Assembly (NCBI GenBank): GCA_026770705.1 | Contig: JANJGN010000121.1 | Span: 62,001 to 126,000 of the forward strand | Length of the DNA: 64,000 nt | Source of the DNA: Isurus oxyrinchus | Lineage: Eukaryota | Direction of reading: 5' to 3' | Shown here: positions 1 through 10,900 of the stretch, piece after piece | Numbering within the stretch: position 1 is the first letter of the stretch | Layout of the letters: each line of letters begins with the position of its first letter | Notes under the pieces: model-generated | Seen by the model: only the letters and a program-made list of their open reading frames with translations | What the model was told of the DNA's origin: nothing | Database searches by the model: none | Made by a program: the position numbers and the translations under genes

Positions 1-449
1 ACACCAGATTGGGTGTGAGGGGACCTTAATAAAACTGTGCCAGACACTTCAAAAATCTCTTCAATTCAACCTTGTAAACGCAGTAGGAAAAATCCCAGGG
101 GGCCATTGTATCTTAGCAACATCGTAAACTTGGCCAAAAGAATCTCCCTGGTCACCCCTGAGTGTTACTCATATTGTAAACACAACGTATACAGCTCCTC
201 CATTCTCTGAGAAGCAAAACTAGGACACTAGAGCACCACCACTGGCAGGAGGCTGTAATTACAGTGTGACATGTTTACATGGGAATGTTCCATTACCAAT
301 GACACAGGAATTTAAATAATCAGAAGGGCATGTGACAACAGGAAGTGGTGCCTTGGAGAATGGAATTATTCACTAGAGTACGTATTTAATTTGATAAAAA
401 TGTACAGAAATGTCAGGGCATTTTAATTGTTTCTTTTCTGTATTCATTC

Positions 450-2506
450 ACTGACACTGGCTAGGCCAGAATTTATTGCCCATCCCTAATTGTCCTTGAG
501 AATATGGGGGTGAGCTGCCTTCCTGAGCTGCTGCAGTCCCTGTGATGTATGTACACCCACAGAACTGTTTGGGAGGGTGTTGCAGGATTCTGACCCAGCG
601 ACAGTGAAGGAACGGTGATATATTTCCAAGTCAGGATGGTGAGTGACTTGGAGGGGAACTTCCAGGTGGTGGTGTTCCCATGTGTCTGCTGCCCTTGTCC
701 TTCGAGATGGTAGTGATCATGTGTTTGGAAGGTGCTGTCTAAGGAGGCTTGGTGAATCCCTACGTTGCAACTTGTAGATGGTACACGCACTGCTGCCGCT
801 GTATGTCAGTTGTGGAGGGAGAGAATGTTTGTGGATGGGGTGCAAATCAAGCGGGGCTGCTTTGTCCTTGGCGGTCTCGAGCTTCTTGAGTGTTGTTAGA
901 GCTGCACTCACCTAGGCAGGTGGAGAGTATTCCATCACACTCCTGACCTGTGCCTTGAGGTTGATGGACAGGCTTTGGGGAGTCAGGAGGTGAGTTACTC
1001 ACCACAGGATTCCCAGCCTCTGGCCTGCTCTTGTAGTCACAGTGTTTATATGGCTAGTCCAGTTCAGTTTCTGGTCAACGTTAACCCCCAGCGTGTTGAT
1101 AGTGGGGGATTCAGCAATGGTGATGCCATTGGACATTAAGGAGAGATGGATATATTCTCTCTGGTTGGAGATGGTCATTGCCTGGCACTTGTGTGGCATG
1201 AATGTTACTTGCCACTTGTCAGGCCAAGCCTGGATATTGTCCAGGTCTTGCTGCATTTGGACATGGACTGCTTCAGCATCTGATGGGTCATGAATGATGT
1301 TGAACGTTGTGCAATCATCAGCGACCATCCATAATTCTGACCATCTGATAGAATGAATGTCATTGATGAAGCAGCTGAAGATGGTTGGGCCTAGGACACT
1401 ACCCTGAGCAACTCCTGCAGTGATATCCTGGAACTGAGATGACTGACCTCCAACAACCACAACCACCTTCCTTTGTACTTGGTATGAATCCAACGAGTGG
1501 AGAGTTTTCCCTGTGACATGACATGGCAGATGATGTGTGCTTGGTGCTCCAAATCCACAAGGGAAAATTAGTCATGCTATCACAATAGTTTTGCAATTTT
1601 TATTTATTACAAGAAGTGTGCACTGAATTCAGGAGTAATGAGTTGACCACAACCTTTAGACATTTTAAAAATTCGATTAAGATATTTATTAACAAAATAA
1701 AATATTTCAAGCACAGACATAATACCACGGTTAGTTACAGCTAAAATATATTCTCAAATTCCTAATTAACCTGACTCCCAGTTACAGAGCCCGTTTAAGG
1801 CAACAGTCCAAAATAAGATTTTAGATTAAAAACAAACCCAGCGAGTTAACACAGCACACACTTGACACTGGAATTCTAAATGGATTTCTCCAACTTTATT
1901 TACTGAACATAACAGACTTATGCACAAATGCCTGGAGTCTTCTTCAAGCCTGTTTCACACACTCCTGTTAGATCTTACATGGCCCCCAACATAGCCTTTC
2001 ATTCTCCTTTATACATGTTTCTCTCTCTTTGATGTGTAAATTCTTTGGAACTGTACCTTTCCCATAATATAAACTTTCATGTTGCCAATATTGTCAATGA
2101 AGTTTGGGAAAAATTAAAAAAAAAACTCCTCAGCTTTGCTTATTGGGCTTGTCCTAAACAGACCAACATCCCTTTGAAATCTAAACAACCCCTTCACACC
2201 TTACATGTTAACACAGCCTCCAGGTGTTCTCATTAGCATTTCAAGTACATTTCTACATCTAGCTTCTTTTGATAATCTCAAGCTTGCAGTCTACCTGTCT
2301 CCAGATGTAATTAAACCACACAGACAGACACATCTACACTCACACCCATAAACCTAGTCTACAACAAACCAGGAAAATATTATGCAAATTATTATACTTT
2401 CGTACCACCCCTGATTCCCATTGATTGCAGTTATGCTCGGGCTCCTAGAGGCCACACTCGGTCAAATGCAGCCTTAATGTTAAGGGCAGTCACTCTCACC
2501 TCACCT
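450..2506 (-). mobile_element. CR1-like LINE 3' fragment (RT C-terminus and tail), split by a solo LTR
   Basis: ORF 999-1493 GVAQGSVLGPTIFSCFINDI...ADDC...QQDLDNIQAW; LINE sequence resumes at ~2407. Confidence 0.85.
1512..2406 (-). mobile_element. Solo LTR inserted in a LINE
   Basis: TG...CA ends, interrupts LINE text ttttccc|cctgattccc; its end matches the reverse complement of 53020-53141. Confidence 0.6.
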
Positions 2507-2697
2507 TGTATTAACAGATGTAAAATTATACATAACCCATAAGCTTCTCGCAATCTTTTACAGCATGGAAAAAGGTGCAGCATTCAGAAAGCTCACTCAG
2601 AACCAATAAAAAAAGTTGAGCAACATCATATTTGTGTTCATTACTATTTAGCCATGTTGGCTGCACACACCCCACAGCCCCGCTCCCTGTTTCACAC

Positions 2698-2946
2698 TCA
2701 GTTTTTCTGGAACCTGATCTGTGTGTATTCCGTGTCCTCGCTCCTGTGTACAGTCCTGTCACCGCTGGGCAGCTTTGAAAAGTTGATGTTGGCGTAGAGA
2801 AGCTCGTCGGTATTGTCGGGGTTCCCATGTCCAACATCGCCTCCCACTAGACCTTCAGAGAGACCCCGGGGAGCTGGGGTCTCCCCCTCGCTAGTTGTGT
2901 CTCTGGTTGTGTTCCGGGGCTCAGTAATCAGCACGTTCTGTTTACC
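2698..2946 (-). CDS. Gene 1 last exon: cytoplasmic tail with ITIM (LLYANI) and ITSM-like motif (TEYTQI)
   Basis: Acceptor tctctgtag|GGT AAA CAG; translation ...DELLYANINF...EDTEYTQIRFQKN*, the two-tyrosine layout of CD33-related Siglec tails. Confidence 0.9.
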   Translation of the reverse strand, partial: GKQNVLITEPRNTTRDTTSEGETPAPRGLSEGLVGGDVGHGNPDNTDELLYANINFSKLPSGDRTVHRSEDTEYTQIRFQKN

Positions 2947-5900
2947 CTACAGAGAAATGGAAACAGAAGACATCCTCACATCATTTACTGGCACTGATAG
3001 GGTTAAATTATTGTGCAGCCTCATTAGTGTCAGTCGTGTCTCAGTGGGTTTAAGCCTTTTTTTCACTCTCTTTCTCTGTCTCTCTTTCTCTCTCGTTTTC
3101 TCTCTCTCTTTATAATTTAATCTCTATCGCACTCCAACAGTGCAGCATTCCCTCAGTACTGACCCTCTGACAGTGCAGCACTCCCTCAGTACTGACCCTC
3201 TGACAGTGCTGCACTCCCTCAGAACTCACCTCTGACAGTGCAGCACTCCGTCAATACTGACCCTCTGGCAGTGCAGCACTCCCTCAGTACTGACACTCTG
3301 ACAGTGCAGCACTCCCTCAGTACTGACCCTCTGTCAGTGCAGCACTCCCTCAGTACTGACCCTCTGACAGTGCAGCACTCCCTCAGTACTGACCCTCTGA
3401 CAGTCCAACAATCCCTCAATACTGACCCTCTGACAGTGCAGCACTCCCTCAGTACTGACCCTCTGACAGTGCAGCACTCCCTCAGTACTGACCCTCTGAC
3501 AGTGCTGCACTCCCTCAGAACTCACCTCTGACAGTGCAGCACTCCGTCAATACTGACCCTCTGGCAGTGCAGCACTCCCTCAGTACTGACCCTCTGACAG
3601 TGCAGCACTCCCTCAGTACTGACCCTCTGACAGTGCAGCACTCCCTCAGTACTGACCCTCTGACAGTGCAGCACTCCCTCAGTACTGACCCTCTGACAGT
3701 CCAACAATCCCTCAATACTGACCCTCTGACAGTGCAGCACTCCCTCAGTACTGACCCTCTGACAGTGCAGCACTCCCTCAATACTGACCCTCTGACAGTG
3801 CAGCACTCCCTCATTACTGACCCTCTGACAGTGCAGCACTCCCTCAATACTGACCCTCTGGCAGTGCAGCACTCCCTCAATACTGACCCTCTGGCAGTGC
3901 AGCACTCCCTCAGTACTGACCCTCTGACAGTGCAGCACTCCCTCAATACTGACCCTCTGACAGTGCAGCACTCCCTCAGTACTGACCGTCTGACAGTCCA
4001 ACAATCCCTCAGTACTGACCCGCTGACAGTGCAGCACTTCCTCAGTACTGATCATCCGACAGTGCAGCACTCCCTCAGTACTGACCCTCCGACAGTGCAG
4101 CACTCCCTCAGTAATGACACTCTGACAGTGCACAACTCCCTCAGTACTGACCCTCCGACAGTGCAGCACTTCCTCAGTACTGACCCTCCGACAGTGCAGC
4201 ACTCCCTCAGTACTGACCCTCCGACAGTGCAGCACTCCCTCACTACTGACATCAGGTGCCTTGTCATTATTGTGTTCAGGTTTCTGGTCAAAGAGCGAGT
4301 GATGGAGGGTGACAGAGGCTGGGAGCGAGAGACAGTTCTGACCACTGAGCCATTGCTTCACAGGGAGATATCTATGTGTAACCCGGCTGGGAATCTGGGA
4401 CATGTGTTGTCTACACACTGAGGTTGAAGCTTTGAAGTGAGTGTAAACAGCTCCTGTACCTGGTGCTTCACAGAGAGTGACCTGGGGGTCAATGCAATGT
4501 CACTGGTCCCTGAAACTCTCTCCTGCGTCGCTGTCTTTCTCCTGCAATAACACAATATCATACTGTGGTTATCATATAGCAAAGAGTCAGTGCAGCACAG
4601 ACACAGAGCCCACTGTAACCTTACACCAACGACTGGACTGTCTCTAGTTCCAACAAGGGGTATCAGCGTGACATCACTATAATGGAAGTGTGACATGTGA
4701 TCCAATCTTAGTTTCACTTTTGCTTTGAGCAGAGCACACACTCACAGCTCTGATACCTTCAAGCTTTCTCCGTATGTATCACTGTTCTCGTGCCGAGTCT
4801 TGATAAACAAACCGACAACATTCTCACCCAATCCCTGTGAGCGATTGGTGCTTTGTTTCTTGTACAATAAATAAGCCTAAGGTATAATATCATTATAATG
4901 ACACGCCATATCTTTTACCCCCCCTCCACCCCTGCTCTTCCCCCCGTAGCCCTTCAAATGTTCCCCCTTCAAGTATTTATCCAATTCCCCTTTTGAAAGA
5001 TCCTATTGAATCTGCTTCCAGCGCCCTTTCAGGCAGCACCTTCCAGATCACAGCAACTGATTATTATTCATCTGGATAACGGGCAATGAAAAACACTGGA
5101 TCGTAAGGGATAAAGAGACCAGTTACGGAGAGGCATCTGGCGCTTAACACAAGGGAAACAATCACCGACTTCAGGAAAGAACATTGAAGCAAATGTTTAT
5201 ATTAAAATCAAGTTAAATCTTCAGACTTACTTTCTCACACAGATGAAGATGAAGATTCCAGCCAGGAAAACACTCAGCATGATCCCAGCCGTGAACAATC
5301 CTACTGTCCATTTACTGGAGTCTCTACCTGTAAAAACAGCCATTAATTACTGCACTACAGGTTTACAATGATGCTCCGATGTATCTCGAGAAGCGATACA
5401 CTCACTCAGTGTTTAAATACTCATTCTCGGGCAATGCTGACATTTATTGTCCATCCCTAGTTTCCCCTTGAGAAGGTGGTGGGGGGTCTTCCTCCTGAAC
5501 CACTGGTTTGTCCCAAACTGGGAGACCAGTTCAGAGGGCAGGTAAGAGTTAACCATGTTGGTGTCTGAGACTGGAGTCACATCCACACCGAGACATGCTT
5601 CCCTCCCTAAAGGGTATGTAGTGTCTACACATGTAACAACCAACCTCACTGAAATAATCGACTATCAGGTCATTATCACACGGTGGTTTGCGGGATCTTG
5701 CTGTGCACAAATCAGTACCTGTGTTTCCTACATTTCAACAGTGAGCTCACTTCGATAATGCTTCACTGGCTGTTGAATGTTTAGTAATTTCTAAGCAATT
5801 TATGAATACAAGTGTTGCATTTCAAAGTAATCCATGTAACATTTATATATAATATTTATCAATTAAAGAATGAGAAGTTCAGCAATTAAAAGGGTTGTTC

Positions 5901-7914
5901 AGGACAGTTAGAGAGAGAAAGGTCGTCAAGTATGGAGATTGGAAACAAAGACCTGACAGCCTTGTCCTGACAACCATTGAAGGAGAAACTGAGAGCAAAA
6001 ACAGAAAGGGAGAGGAAAAATTGGATGTGTGGATAACGTGGACTGAACGAGGATTGAAGAAAACTGGATTAAAAACAACACGATCCCAATGGCTCCACGG
6101 AGACCACGGAAACAACAAACAAACAAATGTATCTCCACACTCACATTCCACAGTGATGGTTATGAACCCCTCCACTGCTCCATGTTCATTCTCTGCCACA
6201 CACTGATAGTCTCCAGTTTCCCTGGATGTAACGTGAGGAATCACCAACCACAGCTCATTGTTGGAACTTGTTCTGTTCATTGGGACATTAAGATGTCGCC
6301 ACGTCAGGTTAGAAGCTGGGAAGCTCTCGACAGAGCAGATTATCACTGCAGAATTCCCCTCAATTATATTGATCGATGAAGCATTAATCATTTCAAGAGA
6401 AGTAAATAAGAGGTTCTGTGGTGCATCTAAGAACAAATCAAGTGTTTAATGTGAGCAAGCACAGTTTACAGCTAGACTCCATGCATCATCTCTCTGTATC
6501 TGATGTCTGTATGCATAGCCAGGTCCCTCCACTCCATATAACTTCCATTGTCAAATTTATAATGGGCACTGCCTATGTAAACAGTCAAACTGCAGCTACG
6601 TTCTCCCACCAGTAGAGGTGCTGTCCACCTAGAATGAAAGGAACTTCCTTTCACATCCTCAGGATGTCCCCAAGGGCTTGACAGGCAATGTTTGATCGAT
6701 GGAGCACTGAGGGGTAAATATACAGTTCTCTGTTCAGGAGGTTGCTCATCCAGTTCAGGGACTTGTTGATCTGTAGTTTACCTTCGTTCCATCCAGAATT
6801 GGAGCTGATACCGAGACTCCAGTGCAGTGAGTGCTTGTGTGTGCGTGTGGATGTGCATTGGTGTATATGTGTTCAAATCTGAGAGAGATGTTGAAGTCTG
6901 TGTACACTCACATTCCACAGTGATGGTTATGAATCCCTCCACTGCTCCATGTTCATTCTCTGCCACACACTGATAGTCTCCAGTGTCCCTGGATGTAACG
7001 TGAGGAATCACCAACCATAGCTCATTGTTGGAACTTGTTCTGTTCATTGGGACATTAAGATGTCGCCACGTCAGGTTAGAAGCTGGGAAGCTCTCGACAG
7101 AGCAGATTATCACTGCAGAATTCCCCTCAATTATATTGATCGATGAAGCGTTAATCATATCAAGAGAAGTAATTGAGAGATTCTGGGTGCGTCTAAAAAT
7201 AAATAAAGATTTTAATGTGAGCAAGCATAGTGCACAGCAAGACTCCATGCATCATCTCTCTGTATCTGATGTTGGAATGCCTTTCCAGGTACCTTCCCTC
7301 ATGAAAAATTACTGTCACATTTATAATGGGCATTTCCTATGTAAACTGTCACACTGCAGTTGCATTCTCCCACCAGTAGAGTTGCTGTCCATCTAGAATG
7401 AAAGAAACATTCTTTAACACTCTCAAGATGCCCCCAAGGGATTGAAAGCCATTGAATTGTATTTGATTGATGGAGCACTGAGGGGTAAATATACAATTCT
7501 CTGTTCAGGAGGTTGCTCCATCCAGTTCAGGGTCTTGTTGATCTGGAGTTTACCTTCCTTCAACACAGAATCGAAGCTGATACCGAGACTCCAGTGCGGC
7601 CCTGAGAGAGAAGAGGGGCCTCACGCGTGTTTATGTGTATGTGTTTGTGTTTCTACATATGTGAGTATGTTTGTGTGAGTATGCATGCATGTGTCTGTGT
7701 GTGCATGTGTGTATGTGTTTGGGCATATGTGAGTGTGTCTTTGTGTATATTTCTGTGCATGAGTGAATGTGTGTACATGTGTATGTGTATGTGTGTGCAT
7801 GTGTGAGTGTGTGTGTGTGAGTTGAGTGTGTGTATGTTTCTGTGTATATTTTTGCATGCGTATGTTTGTGTGTGTAAATGTGCATGTATGTGTCTACACG
7901 AGTGCATGTGTGTG

Positions 7915-7976
<62 letters not shown>

Positions 7977-10900
7977 TGTGTGAGAGTGATGTTGAAGTTT
8001 GCATTAACTCACATTCCACAGTGATGGTTATGAATCCCTCCACTGCTCCATGTTCATTCTCTGCCACACACTGATAGTCTCCAGTGTCCCTGGATGTAAC
8101 GTGAGGAATCACCAACCACAGCTCATTGTTGGAACTTGTTCTGTTCATTGGGACATTAAGATGTCGCCATGTCAGGTTAGAAGCTGGGAAGCTCTCGACA
8201 GAGCAGATTATCACTGCAGAATTCCCCTCAATTATATTGATCGATGAAGAGTTAATCATACCAAGAGAAGTAATTGAGAGATTCTGTGGTGCATCTAAAA
8301 ACAAATAAACATCAATTAACTTACACTGACTGTGAAACACTTTGAGAGACACTGAGAATGTGAAAGGTGTGATATCAATATAGGTTCTTTCACCACAAAG
8401 CCCATAATCCAGCCAGACACCTCAGTTCAGTACTGAGGGAGTGCTGCATTGTCGGAGGGTCAGTACTGAGGTAGTGCTGCACTGTCAGTGGATCAGTACT
8501 GAGGGAGTGTTGCACTGTCACAGATTCAGTACTGAGGGAGTGCTGCACTGTCGAAGGGTCAGTACTGAGGGAGTGCCGCACTGTCGAAGGGTCAGTACTG
8601 AGGGAGTGCTGCACTGTCAGTGGATCAGTACTGAGGGAGTGTTGCACTGTCAGAGGTTCAGTACTGAGAGACTGCTGCAGTGTCAGAGGTGAATTTGTAT
8701 CAGTTAAAGACGATTGATTTGTAGCTAAACACAATGAATTTGTGGGATCTTGCAGTGTACTATGTGGAGCTCTCTAGCTAATATAGAATGAAAGGTGTAT
8801 GTAATTACCTTGCACAGTTAGTACGAGGGTCCGCTCCGATGAAACAGATGGATATCTCACTCTGCAGCTGAGAGTGTGTCCGTGGTGTTTGAGTGATGGG
8901 AACAGGGTCAGAACAGAAGTATAGATCAGAGAGACACCATGCTGAGTTACAGTGTTTGAGACTGATCCAGGTACGTCAATGGGAGTGTCCCAGGTTAAGA
9001 CAGGTGCTGCTGTTCCATTGCACGTTGTGTTGAAGGTGCAGCTTACATCCACACGCTTTCCTGCAATAATTTCAGCAGGGAATATCGTGGTTTTATCTGT
9101 GAAATCTAACAGACAGAGAATGGATCCTTTTAGAGAAATATAACGTGAAGCATCAGTTCAAATAGAAATCACAGTCCCACAAGAGAAAGCACTTTTACAA
9201 GGATGATATCAGAACTGAGATGTTTTAACGATCCTGATAGACTGTTAGACACGATTAGAAAGATCGATGGGAGTGGAATACATTTAATCATTGATATTAA
9301 AGTGAGTATTAAAGGTTGCTTTAGGACTGAACTGGAAGCGATCACCAGGTTATTGAGAATCAGACAGTGTGTTATAATAAGCTGTGTTTTGTGTTAATAT
9401 GTAAACGTCACAGTTTGTGTTATTTCCCATCGAGTGTTGAATGTGAATTGTTGAGTAATTATAACACAGCACTTACCAGAAACGTGAAGCTGGGTTACAG
9501 GGTAATAGTTATGGCTCGGACCATTGTCAAATTCTATTCTGAAAAAATAAGGTTCTGCATCATCCCGTCTGATGTTGTTTATAATCAGGGAACAGTCGCC
9601 ATCTTTCAGGTCTCCAGACAGCCGGGTCCGATTGTGGAACCGTGGTAACTCGTGACTGTGATCCTTGGAGTGAAAGGCAATGGGAGCCCAGGGAATCTGT
9701 TTCTCATTATTAAACCAGACTCCACCTCGTTGTTGGTTTTCAAATTTTGCTGGATAACTGTAATGACATGGAATCTGTACACACGAACCTTCCTGCGCTG
9801 ACACCTCTCGTGGAGTGTCACCTTTCCACTCTTGTGACAGTCCAACTGGGGAGAGAAATCTCAATATTTAACTCTGGAAGGTTTGTAGATCCACTAGACT
9901 CGATATCCACCCCCTCCATCACTGGGGCACAGTGGCTGCAGTGTGGACCATCTGCAGGACACACAAGGAACTCCCCAAGGTTTCACAATGGATGGAAGTG
10001 AATCCTGGACACAGGAGTGGACAAGTTCATTCTACATTGGCTCATGGTCCTCAGGACCCTGTTTAATGAAGCCAGTCTTCCTCCCAACACAGTGTCTACA
10101 AGACACACCAATTGAGATCCATTCAGTGCTGATTTACAAGACAGGACAATGGATTAGGAGCCCTCAGAACTCCCCCCATTATCACCGTCATGAATCACTA
10201 ATTAGCCTAACATTCCTGTCTGCTCTTCAACACAGCTGATTGGCTAATCTGATTCAATCTGATTGGTGTTCATTCCCTCTTCAATGTTTAAGAAATCACC
10301 AATCACTCGGCCTCTAGTTATTCTCCTCCCCACAAGGGGAAATATTCTCTGTCTACCCAGTCAACTAAAAACTTTCCTCTGAACCTACCATCATACCCCT
10401 ATGTTCCTTTCTCCCTCATGTGTTAATCCAGGTTCCGTCTTAAATACATCAATACTATTCACCCCAGCCACTCCCTGTGGGAGCGAGTTCCACATTCTCC
10501 CCACTCTCTGGGTAAAGACGTTTCTCCGGAATTCCCCATTGGGTTTATCAGTGATGATCTCATATTGAGGGCCCCTAGTTCTCGTCTCCTCTCCCAACAA
10601 GAGGAAACACTCTCTCTGTATCCACTCCATCGAAACCTTTCTCAGTTTTAAACACCTGGATTAGGTCATCCCCTCAGCCTTGTCTCTTCTAGGGAAGAGA
10701 GACCCAGCCCGTCAGTCCTGTCCTCATATGTTTACCCCCACATTTCTGGGATCATCATTGTCAATCTTCTCTGCGCCCTCTCCAGTGTCTCTATATCCTT
10801 TTTATAACACGGTGACCAGAACTGCAGGCAGCACGGTCAATGTAGACTGACCAAGGTTCAATACAGGTTTTCCATCACTTCCCTGCTTTTCAATTCACTC

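Noticed and set aside
3137-4421. Long ORFs (295/298 aa) and similar ORFs at 24.4-25.3 and 38-39.8 kb
   Set aside because: Translations of a 33-bp minisatellite whose period is divisible by 3; intronic or intergenic.
6590-6625. CTCF site (ctgcag...ccaccagtagaggtgctg) in the dispersed element
   Set aside because: Spacing does not fit the CCASYAGRKGGCR core in the copies examined, so it cannot be supported without a PWM scan.
7621-7907. His/Thr-rich ORFs, and X-containing ORFs at 23.9 and 33 kb
   Set aside because: Translations of (CA)n microsatellite and N gaps.
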